Source: Naegleria gruberi
Taxonomy: Eukaryota
Direction: 5' to 3' (one strand)
Length of the DNA: 64,000 bases
Assembly (NCBI GenBank): GCA_000004985.1
Contig: GG738846.1
The notes below the pieces were generated by a model. The model had not been told where the DNA came from, searched no databases, and saw only the letters and a list, made by a program, of their open reading frames with translations. The first letter of the stretch is position 1; each line of letters starts with the position of its first letter. The translations under genes and the position numbers were made by a program. Below are positions 51,590-60,717 of the stretch, in pieces.

Positions 51590-52843
51590 ATGTCCTATCA
51601 AAGACAATTCAAACTCATGACCATGTTCGGAGCAACTTGTTTGCTCTCTGGTGGTGCAACATTTGTTTACAGGGGAATTAATGATGTTGATTCACCACTG
51701 TACTCTAAATTTGTGATGCCTCTCTTACACAAGATGGATCCCGAAGATGCACACAATTTATCAAAACTTGCCATAAAGTATGGAATTGGTCCAAAGGAAA
51801 AGAAATTAAAAGCAAATCAATATGGATTGGATCCACTCATTAGCTTACATACAAATTGTTTAGGATATCATTTTGAGAATCCTATTGGATTGGCAGCTGG
51901 ATTTGACAAGGATGCCGAATGTATGAAAGGAATTGAAAAGTTGGGGTTTGGTTTTATGGAAGTTGGAAGTATTTGTCCTCAACCACAACCTGGAAATCCA
52001 AAACCTAGAATTTTCAGATTGAATTCTAAAGTTTCCGATCCAGATGGAACAATTTTTGATACCATTCTCAATAGATGTGGATTCAATAGTAAAGGAATGG
52101 AAGTTTCGGATGAAAATTTGACAACCTATAGAAATTCATACCAGTCTCTTAATACATTCCCAATTGGTGTCAATTTGGGAAAGAACAAAACAAGTGCACC
52201 AGAAAGTATTGAGGATTATTTGATTGGTGTGAGAAAGTTGGCTAAACATGCAGATTTTTTGGTTATTAATGTCAGTTCACCAAATACCCAACATTTGAGA
52301 TCACTCCAGGAAAAGAGTTCCCTTGATACATTAATTGAGGAAGTTTCTACAGAATTGAAAAAACACAAAAACATTCCACTCCTTATCAAAATTGCACCAG
52401 ATTTGACCCTCGATCAACAACGTGACATTGCTTCATTGGCACTCAAACATTCCATTGGTGGTATCATCGTTTCCAATACAACTATTGAAAGACCATTTGT
52501 ATCGAGTGAACAAATTAATGCCATTCCAAATGGATCTGCTGGAGGTATGAGTGGTCGTCCACTCTTCAATCAATCCACTAAAGTTTTGAAGAATATGTAC
52601 AAATTAACAGAAGGTAAGGTGACACTCATTGGTGTTGGAGGTGTTTGGGATGGTTATGATGCATTACAAAAGATCCAAGCTGGTGCTTCACTAGTTCAAG
52701 TTTATACAGCTTTCACTGCTCAAGGTCCAGCTGTTGTTGGTAAAATCAAGAGAGAATTAGCTCAGTTACTTGCTGAAGGTGGATATGCCAGAGTTTCTGA
52801 TGCTGTTGGCTCTAAAGCCAAGTTTAGTAAATTGGAAGAATAA
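51590..52843 (+). CDS. DHODH: Dihydroorotate dehydrogenase (quinone), mitochondrial class 2 (DHODH)
   Basis: FENPIGLAAGFDKDAE...GFGFMEVGSICPQPQPGNPKPRIFRL...LNRCGFNSKG...IGVGGV are class-2 DHODH signatures. The N-terminal targeting/TM segment is MSYQRQFKLMTMFGATCLLSGGATFV. Confidence 0.8.
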   Translation: MSYQRQFKLMTMFGATCLLSGGATFVYRGINDVDSPLYSKFVMPLLHKMDPEDAHNLSKLAIKYGIGPKEKKLKANQYGLDPLISLHTNCLGYHFENPIGLAAGFDKDAECMKGIEKLGFGFMEVGSICPQPQPGNPKPRIFRLNSKVSDPDGTIFDTILNRCGFNSKGMEVSDENLTTYRNSYQSLNTFPIGVNLGKNKTSAPESIEDYLIGVRKLAKHADFLVINVSSPNTQHLRSLQEKSSLDTLIEEVSTELKKHKNIPLLIKIAPDLTLDQQRDIASLALKHSIGGIIVSNTTIERPFVSSEQINAIPNGSAGGMSGRPLFNQSTKVLKNMYKLTEGKVTLIGVGGVWDGYDALQKIQAGASLVQVYTAFTAQGPAVVGKIKRELAQLLAEGGYARVSDAVGSKAKFSKLEE

Positions 52844-52944
52844 ATTATTTCATATTAATTTTTTCATATTTAAATATTAATTTCATTAATTTTTTCGATT
52901 CCAATATTATGCTCCATTCAAATTACTACTATTATAATTGTAAA

Positions 52945-53292
52945 TTATTCATTATTCTTTATTTTCTTGGTTTTGTTTTCATCATCGTCATCCTTCATAT
53001 CATCGTCGTCATCCTCTCCATTCAAACCTTCATCCTCATCTTCGTCCGATGATCGTTGTTGTTTCTTTTTTGTACTATTAGTAGTCGTAGTTGAATTAAT
53101 TACTTGTTGTTGTTTCTTTCCCAAATCAGTTAATAAATTAACATCCACATCCTTCATAGATTGCATTGATTGTGTCAAAAAGGTGAGATCTTGCTTTTTT
53201 GTTGTTGATGATGATTCAAAAGATTGTTTGGAAGCAATTTTTGGTTCCGAATTATTATTGGTCACTGTGAGGGTTGATGTAATTCTTGGCAT
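52945..53292 (-). CDS. Hypothetical small acidic protein (115 aa)
   Basis: It has a true ATG and a C-terminus with D/E runs (DEDEDEGLNGEDDDDDMKDDDDENK). The overlapping plus-strand ORF is homopolymer-rich and looks antisense. Confidence 0.35.
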   Translation of the reverse strand: MPRITSTLTVTNNNSEPKIASKQSFESSSTTKKQDLTFLTQSMQSMKDVDVNLLTDLGKKQQQVINSTTTTNSTKKKQQRSSDEDEDEGLNGEDDDDDMKDDDDENKTKKIKNNE

Positions 53293-53547
53293 TTTGTTTA
53301 ATGTTGAAATTGTATTGTTTAAAAAACAATTAAATATATTATATTTTGATGATACTACAGTTTATTATCTAAATCAAGATAGTCAACTATGTATTAATTC
53401 ATCACAACACAACAATATTTGCTGTTCCTATTTAGTAAAGAGCAAAATTGTAAGCAAGCACAAAAATTTTCGTATTATTCAACAAACAAATTTCTGCTCT
53501 CCATTGTTTGCCTCGTTTTCTTCTTGATTGCCAACAAATCAAAAAAA

Positions 53548-55218
53548 ATGTCCAAACGAAACAGAGAAGAAATTACAAAAAGATATCTAGAAGATGCTGA
53601 TTATGATGACTCTGACGATGAAGACTATGAACCTTCCGATGAAGAATCACAACAAAAGATTAATCCAAATCAGAGTGGCAGAGAGAAAATTAAACAACTA
53701 CCTGAACATTTGAAAGGAAAGGCAAAGATTGAAGAATTGAATAAGATTCACTTTGACATTTTTACAAGTTTTGATCAAGATGATAATGCCAATAATAATA
53801 GTAATAATAATAATACAACTGATGATGATGAGTTGAGTCGTTGGGATAGAGAAAGATCAATCTTTTTATGTCAAAATATTTTACATGGAGATGAGGATGA
53901 AATGTTCAGCAGTGCTCGACTAGTTAGAACCTTTGCAACTCACATCTCTAAATTTGATAGTTTACAGGAACAAGTCATGAAGGAAGAAGATAATGATGAA
54001 AACAAGAAGAAGAAACAAGTTCTCCTCTCAATTCAATGCAGAAATAAGAGTAATATTGATGTTATACTCAAGTTCTTTATTGGTGGAGAGGCTTTAACAG
54101 AATTAGACACACAGGTTCCAAAAAAACAAATTGTGGATATACGTGGTTATGATGATATGATTGGAAAATTGAGAAGAAAATTACTAATTGATGCATATGA
54201 ACCAATGAATCAAAGCAGCAGCAGCTCAGCAAGTGGAAGTAACAGTGCTGGTGGTAGTAGTAGTTCCAACTCTTCAACCTATCTTAGAGACTATGGTTCG
54301 ATAAAAATTGAGGTTTATCAAGCCATTAGAGAAAAGTCAAAGATTGATTCTGATTATGAAGATGATTCTGATGAGGAAGAGGATGAAGAAAAGGACGATT
54401 TCATAGCAACTAGCTCATCAGAGGTTGAAAAACTGAGTCGTTACACACAAAACATGAAACAGCAAGAACGTTGTGGAATGCAAGTTTCATTTAAGGCTTC
54501 AAGAATTGAAAGACCAAAGAAAAAGGTAAAGAGGAAGGGAAAGAAAGCAAAGTTTGAAACCATTTTCGAAGAAGGACCTCTACTGTTCCAATCTGTTTAC
54601 AAGTACAGATCTTATTTGGGTTTCTTGTGTGAACTTCAAGAATATAATATTGACTTGGGAAAGACCAAAAACATGGCCAGAGGAAGATCATTAGATAATG
54701 AAAGTTCTTCCTCTGATGACGAATCTTCTTCCTCTGATGATGATGATGAAAATGGAATCAAGACAGAAGAGCAAGATGATGGCGGTTTTATTGATATTAC
54801 AGATGATGTTGAAGAACCACCTAAAATAATTCCAACAGTTTCTCTTGATAGTGATGACGAAGAGGAAACTGATGTCAAACCAACAGCTGCTGAACTCGAG
54901 AAACATGCCAAACAATCCTCAATCTGTCAAGCTTCAAGCAGTACATCCAGCTCAGCAATTCAACAGAGTAGTAGTGCCTACTCATTCAAAGAAACCATCC
55001 AAGATGTGGAGAAAAAGAATGTAGATAATTTGATGCGATTCATCAAACTCAATGATGAAACATTATACAATGAAGTTAAGGATATTTTCAAGAAATTTCA
55101 GGTTTCTGGAAGCAAATTGTTGAGTAGGACTCTTGATTACCCTAAAATGGGGGTGAGTGTTAAATACCAAATTAAGATTTTACAAATTGTAGATAAGATT
55201 ATTGATAATTCCATGTAA
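53548..55218 (+). CDS. Hypothetical acidic, Ser-rich nuclear-type protein (about 556 aa)
   Basis: The first ATG is at 53548 (MSKRNREEITKRYLEDADYDDSDDEDYEPSDEE); the track start at 53419 is a TTG. D/E/S-rich blocks and basic patches (KKKVKRKGKKAK) are present. I recognise no family. Confidence 0.55.
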   Translation: MSKRNREEITKRYLEDADYDDSDDEDYEPSDEESQQKINPNQSGREKIKQLPEHLKGKAKIEELNKIHFDIFTSFDQDDNANNNSNNNNTTDDDELSRWDRERSIFLCQNILHGDEDEMFSSARLVRTFATHISKFDSLQEQVMKEEDNDENKKKKQVLLSIQCRNKSNIDVILKFFIGGEALTELDTQVPKKQIVDIRGYDDMIGKLRRKLLIDAYEPMNQSSSSSASGSNSAGGSSSSNSSTYLRDYGSIKIEVYQAIREKSKIDSDYEDDSDEEEDEEKDDFIATSSSEVEKLSRYTQNMKQQERCGMQVSFKASRIERPKKKVKRKGKKAKFETIFEEGPLLFQSVYKYRSYLGFLCELQEYNIDLGKTKNMARGRSLDNESSSSDDESSSSDDDDENGIKTEEQDDGGFIDITDDVEEPPKIIPTVSLDSDDEEETDVKPTAAELEKHAKQSSICQASSSTSSSAIQQSSSAYSFKETIQDVEKKNVDNLMRFIKLNDETLYNEVKDIFKKFQVSGSKLLSRTLDYPKMGVSVKYQIKILQIVDKIIDNSM

Positions 55219-55256
55219 ATATATATGTAATAATTTATTTAAATGTAAATCTATAA

Positions 55257-55568
55257 TATGTTTCTTTAGATTCAGATTCTTCTTATCTGAGAATTTTGAG
55301 TTTATCTGGATGCGGAATTGATAATGACGATTTGAAAGTTATAGTAAATGGAATGATGAACAAGTTAGTGGAATTGTATCTGTCAGAAAAATCAAATAGT
55401 GATGTGAGTTGGGGTTGGGGGACTGCGGGAGCAAGGGGTACTAGAAAGTACATTGTACTTCTTTTTTCATTAATAAAAAATGCACTCAAGAAAAGATTAA
55501 AGAGACAGCACTTATTAAGGAGGAAGTTCATTATGTTGAGAAACTCGTTTGATATAGTGGAAGATTAA
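55257..55568 (+). pseudogene. Orphan ORF encoding an RNI-type LRR fragment, followed by a G-rich tract. It may be a gene fragment or an unplaced exon.
   Basis: YVSLDSDSSYLRILSLSGCGIDNDDLKVIVNGMMNKLVELYLSEKSNS follows the L.L..C.I.D..L..I......L..L.L..N repeat. No ATG start is present (the track M is a TTG). A GTGAGT lies at 55404, then ggggttgggggactgcgggagcaagggg. Confidence 0.3.
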
Positions 55569-55656
55569 CTAGTAATTCAGTTAGAAACAAATTTATCTAA
55601 TTTGGAACCCAGCATTTCTGAAAAAGTCCAATTCATTCTTTACAATTAAAGCACAT

Positions 55657-55914
55657 TCAAGTGTAATGAATCGTCGCAGCCTTAACACTTTGTAGTAAAT
55701 AATTAGCTTGTTCTCTGGTTTCTTCATCACAATCGGAATCGTTGGCTATAGCACTATACAATTCCGCTAAACAATCAGACAAGTCAGCAGGTTTTTGTGG
55801 TGTAGCAGTTTCTTCTGCATGAAATGATGATTCAGTACTAACTGGCATTTTAACTGGAGTGGCAATTATTGTGAGAGGGGAAATTTTTTTTGTTGAACTA
55901 AGTTTTTTAAGCAT
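55657..55914 (-). CDS. Hypothetical small protein (86 aa)
   Basis: The ATG is at 55914 (MLKKLSSTKKISPLTIIATPVKMP...SDCLAELYSAIANDSDCDEETREQANYLLQSVKAATIHYT). No homology is recognised; supported only by ORF length. Confidence 0.3.
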   Translation of the reverse strand: MLKKLSSTKKISPLTIIATPVKMPVSTESSFHAEETATPQKPADLSDCLAELYSAIANDSDCDEETREQANYLLQSVKAATIHYT

Positions 55915-55966
55915 GATGATTGTGATAAGATGTGGAGACAAAAGAATGCAGATAGTTTGATGCCAG

Positions 55967-56043
55967 CATTATACAAATGAAATTAAGGATATTTTCAAGA
56001 AATTTCAGGTTTCTGGAAGCAAATTGTTAGAGTAGGACTCTTT
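55967..56043 (+). repeat. Decayed duplicate of the 3' coding end (55061..55134) of the 53548..55218 gene
   Basis: cattatacaaatgaaattaaggatattttcaagaaatttcaggtttctggaagcaaattgttagagtaggactcttt matches cattatacaatgaagttaaggatattttcaagaaatttcaggtttctggaagcaaattgttgagtaggactctt, with about 93% identity and a few indels. It translates HYTNEIKDIFKKFQVSGSKLLE*. Confidence 0.75.
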
Positions 56044-56102
56044 CAATCCTTGTTCAAAATAGAAAGTATGTTCAGTTTCGTAAATGGTGTAATTGAAAAG
56101 AT

Positions 56103-58305
56103 TTATTCATCATGATCTGATGATTCATTCTCAACATCCTCCTCCATCATATCCATAATCACCTCAGCATCAACCTTTTCAGGATGATCAGTGAATGCCA
56201 ATTGTTTCTCAGCTAACTTTCTATAGACACCATTTTCATTGCGGAGTAAATCATCATGTTTACCCTTTTCCATCAAGTTACCCTTCACCAAAACACAAAT
56301 CATATCAGAATTCTTAATTGTTGACAATCTGTGAGCAATACAAATGGTTGTTCTACCGTGCATTAAGGTATCGAGAGCTGCCTGAACCAAAGCTTCTGAT
56401 TCTGTATCTAATGCAGAAGTAGCTTCGTCCAGGAGTAAAAGTTTAGGATTTTGAATTAAGGCTCTAGCAATGGCAATACGTTGTTTTTGACCGCCCGACA
56501 TTGAGACACCCTTTTCACCTAATAATGTATCATATTGTTCTGGAAGATCCATAATGAAATTATGACAATTGGCAAGTTTGGCAGCATTCATAATTTGTTC
56601 ATCTGTGACATTTTCCAAACCAACTGCATAGGCAATATTATCCTTAATGGTTGCAGCAAACAATACTGGTTCTTGAGTGACAATACCTAAATTTCTGTGA
56701 AGCCACATTGGATCAATTTCAGTAATATCAATTCCATCAATTTCAATACTTCCCTTATTTGGATTATAGAACTTTTCCAATAAACCAACAATGGTCGACT
56801 TTCCTGATCCAGATGGACCCACCAAAGCAACCGATTGACCAGCCTTAATTTCCAATGAGAAATTCTTCAATACTGTAATATTAGGTCTGGCAGGATAAAT
56901 AAAATCAACATTTCTAATGGAAATATTTCCGACCAAATTATCAATTTTCTTACCACCCTTAAATGGAATTTCAGGCACTCTCTTAATTACCTTCAACAAG
57001 TAAGTTTCACTCAATCTTGCTTTTGTAAAGTCTGGGAAACTTGCAGTTGTTTGAATCATACCCATAACTGACATGAGCATTAAACCAAAAACTTTAAAGT
57101 AATCTCCCAAACTAAGCTCATTATCAATGATCAAATTACCTCCGTACCAGAAACCAAGAGCGATAGTTCCCCACAATACGAAACCAACTAGATTTCAATA
57201 GTTCAAGTTATGAAAAAATGAATAAAACAAATAACCTACCAATCATAAATGCCAATCCAATAAAGAATGCCTTAAAAAATCCATAAAAGCTAACAATTTT
57301 CAATTGTGACTTGTATCTCAATTGTTCCTTAATTTCACCAGCCATTGATCTGACAGTTTTAATGGCACTGATAATTTCACTTGAAATGGCATAACCCTTC
57401 TCATTGGCATCATTGGTCTTTCTTGTGAATAATCTAATAATGACATCCAAAATAATAATAGTAAGGAAAATCAATGGTGTGGTTGAAATAATGACAAGTG
57501 ACATTTTCCATGAAGAAGTAAATGACATGATCAATCCACCAACTGTTTGAGCAGTATTCTGAATAATTGTTGATAATTTCAATGTATAGGCATCTTGAAT
57601 CTTGGCCACGTCATCACTCAACACACTTGTCAAGGCACCAACTTTCTTAATATCAAAGAATGCCATCTCCTGAGCAGTCAATGAATTAAAATATAATTCT
57701 TTCAATTTTTGTCCAACTCTTTCATTTGCCCAATTGAAAAAGAAATGTAACATGAAATTGGCAACAAAAGCACTTGCTGCAACAATTGTTAATTTCCAAC
57801 CAACTGTATTGACACCTTGTCTGATGGCTTCTGTGGTTACATTGGTACTTGTTAAAATATTAAGTAAATCACCAACAATAAATTGGATAAATAAGGAAAT
57901 TAATCCAGCACTATATTTGGTAATTCAAAATATTATTTAAAAATATTCAATGAATAATTAATTATATTAGTAATGATAGTAATATTAATAAAAAACATAC
58001 CCAACTGCACCAATAGTTCCAAAAAACATTAAAATTAAATTAAACCATCCAAATTTGGATAATAAATACAAGTGATCCTTTGCTCCAATGGATGGTTCTC
58101 TTGGATCATCGATTTCTTCATTCTTTTCAGATAATTCTTTCATTTGTGCTTGATATCTACGTTGTTTGATTCTTTTGAATGGATTTCTTGACAAGGAATT
58201 ATTCGAAACTCCTGCTTGACTTTCTGGAGGTGGTGCAGCACTTGTTGTAGTTGGCGTGCTTCCTTCCTCAACAACAGTTCCTGGCACAATTGATTCTGAT
58301 ATCAT
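56103..58305 (-). CDS. ABC transporter, ABCB-type half transporter (TMD-NBD). Three exons: 58305..58001, 57910..57240, 57187..56103.
   Basis: Walker A GPSGSGKST, signature LSGGQKQRIAIARAL, Walker B LLLDEATSALD and the H-loop IAHRL are present. The TMD carries ABCB motifs (AFFD....G.LTS.LS.D). Exon junctions have GTATGT/GTAGGT donors and phases that reconstitute ...GTIGAVG-AGLISLF... and ...FMIG-VGFVLWG... Confidence 0.8.
57188..57239 (-). other. Intron (52 nt, GTAGGT...TCTAG) in the ABCB gene
   Basis: Phase-1 junction; AT-rich. Confidence 0.55.
57911..58000 (-). other. Intron (90 nt, GTATGT...ATATAG) in the ABCB gene
   Basis: Phase-2 junction; AT-rich. Confidence 0.6.
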
Positions 58306-58436
58306 CTTCTTATTTCGAATATATATTTACAATAATTCTAAACTCTATTAGAAACTCGATAAAAACTTGTGTATTTGTGTTTGTTTTTTTTCAAATTGTC
58401 CTCAACAGAATCAATTATGAATCACATATTTAATCG

Positions 58437-58460
58437 CACTCACTCATGCTCACTCATGTG
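58437..58460. repeat. Tandem decamer (gctcactcat x2) in the divergent promoter region
   Basis: The repeat is visible directly. Confidence 0.6.
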
Positions 58461-58777
58461 TTGCTTAAACCACCAACAATCCGAATTTGGAGAGGAACCA
58501 ATTATCGGTAGTGGATTTTGAATCAAAAGCGGGCACTTTACCAATCCCCTCACTTTTGTCCACACCACTATCGTCATCATATCATGTTCAACCAAATGCG
58601 CATGCATATTCTTTCAATTGTTTTTTTGCATTGCTCGTTCTATTGGATTAGAGGGATTATAGAACAAATTCTGTTATAAACCCTTGCGGGTTGATTCTCC
58701 CGCCTCTGAAGTTGGAATTGTAGATTTTCCACAACAAACGTGTTTGAAAATTTTGGCGGTACTCGGACTTGAAAAAA

Positions 58778-60646
58778 ATGACTCAACGAGAGGATGAATT
58801 AAACATGTCCATTCATAATGGAGAAGATGAAGAAGAGAATGTTCTTCGAAAAACTTCAGAAGGAACAGATGCAAGTTCCGAAACAATGTTTCATCCGATT
58901 TCCTGTAATAAATGTAGAACGAATCATAAAAAAGTAGGTTGACTTTGTGTTGTTTGTTGTTATTAGAAATCCATTAGTGTGATAAAAAGTTACCAATGTG
59001 CTCGTATTGTGCCAGTAGAGGAATTGCTTGTGAAGTAAGTTTTTTTTAACTTTACAATAATTGTAAACCTTTTTAAAGTATGATAATCCTAGAAAGAGAG
59101 GAAAAGGCTCGGATCAGTATCCTCCAGAACCAAAAAAGAGAAAGATTAAAATTCAACCAGAATGGAAGGAAATTGGACTTTTGGATCCAAATTTACTTGT
59201 GGAATTTTATTATGACTACCTGTCGGATGGTTTAGCAGTTTTACCAAAACACAAATTTACTTATTTTGTAACGAATTGTTTGAATCAATTTATGAGAGTT
59301 TCTACGGAACCTCTTACATTGGAAACTAATGATTTAATCAAGTCAGAGGAGGAAATGAGAGGATTATATATAATGTATTCAGCCCTTCTGACTGTGTATT
59401 ATCAATTTCATGCCAAAACGGAATTGGCTACCCTCACTGCAAGTATATGTGAAAAGGAAATTACAAAACATTCCATAGAATGTTTTGAAAACTTGTATTT
59501 TGTTGCAGGTTGTCATACTATAGCTCTGTTTTTTCTCATTGAGGGTAGTCAAGAGAAAAAGGGAAAGTTTTTTGGACACTACGTAACTTATTTCTTCAAA
59601 ATGAAAGACAATATAGATGATATGGATGCTTTTGAGAAGAATTTTTATCATTCCTATTTGCTAATTAAGCACGTATGTGAACACGAACCTCCAAAAGATT
59701 TCAAGTCATTTATTAGTGGATTGCCACAGTTCTTCCAAGTACTGTCGGGAAGAAATATTGAGGATGTTGTAATACCAGAAGTTTGGGAATATTTGAAGAG
59801 TGCAGAACCTAATTCAGCAAATTACATGATTTTCAAACAATTATTGGAAAATGTCTTTCTTTTTGCGGATCAACATAAGAAACATATGATGACAAGTAAC
59901 TTGAGCAATGATTCAATTTCAAAGAATTATTTGGAATTTGAAAGTTTGATTAGGAATATTATTCATGATGGATTCAGATTGCTATTCTATGGAAAAATTC
60001 CTGAATTGGCTGGTGAACTCATTGAAGAAGTTGCTTTGAGAATTACTCTCCAAACTGAAAATGATTTATTCAAGTATGTTTTTGATTTTGATTTTGATTT
60101 TTACTAATATTTTCTTTTATTTGTTAAAATATATATAGACTTGCACTTCCAGCTGTAGATATTGGAATAAGAAAAGCATGTGAATTCCACTTGAAAGTTT
60201 CACAGGAAGTTGAGATGGGTCTACGTGACAGGAGATCTAGAATCAAAACCTCCTCAGGAAAGACAATCTCATTCGATAATTATTCACTTTTGGAAAAGGA
60301 TTTAAAGGCCATTAAATTATTGGCAAGTAGATTCAAATCAATTTACAATATTGATAAGGAACTCATTGCTAAATGTGAAGAATTTCTGAAAAGACAGGAG
60401 GAAAAGCAACAAACACAACCTTCCATAACCATGTTACCTCCTATTGATACTAATTTATTGAGACCTCCAGTACATATTGAATGGAATCATCATAATCAAG
60501 ATTCATTCTTGTCATCAATGATGGATTTTGTCAAACTAATGACACAAAATAACAATGGAAATATGTCATCACCCTCACCATCCAACTCTTCATTTGGTAG
60601 TGCAAGCAGCAGCGCTCCTTATGATCCTTGGAGTTTATTCCAATAA
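58778..60646 (+). CDS. Zn(II)2Cys6 (GAL4-type) binuclear-cluster transcription factor-like protein. Four exons: 58778..58933, 58978..59034, 59079..60073, 60139..60646.
   Basis: Splicing exon 1 (...SCNKCRTNHKK) to exon 2 (CDKKLPMCSYCASRGIACE) gives the full C-X2-C-X6-C-X6-C-X2-C-X6-C spacing. Donors are GTAGGT/GTAAGT/GTATGT, and the phases are consistent. A basic patch PRKRGKGSDQYPPEPKKRKIK follows. Confidence 0.6.
58934..58977 (+). other. Intron 1 (44 nt) of the Zn2Cys6 gene
   Basis: GTAGGT...CCATTAG; it splits the zinc cluster between Cys2 and Cys3. Confidence 0.55.
59035..59078 (+). other. Intron 2 (44 nt) of the Zn2Cys6 gene
   Basis: GTAAGT...TTTTAAAG; phase 0. Confidence 0.55.
60074..60138 (+). 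other. Intron 3 (65 nt) of the Zn2Cys6 gene, containing a (TTTGA)n run
   Basis: GTATGT...ATATATAG; the phase-2 junction joins ...ENDLFK to LALPAVDIGIRKACEFHLKVSQE... Confidence 0.5.
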
Positions 60647-60717
60647 AATTAATGTAAATATTAAAACTTAAGCCATACTGTAAAATAGTTACTTATTGAT
60701 AATTTGTTGTAAAAAGA

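Noticed and set aside
52967-53527. 186-aa plus-strand ORF (MVLFSSSSSFISSSSSS...)
   Set aside because: It is made of homopolymeric codon runs (polyS, polyV, polyC) and is the antisense of the acidic 115-aa minus-strand ORF. It also overlaps the promoter and 5' region of the gene starting at 53548.
55214-55269. Possible 3' intron (GTAAAT...TTCTTTAG) linking the 53548 gene to the LRR ORF
   Set aside because: The phases do not match the LRR reading frame: splicing gives an immediate stop.
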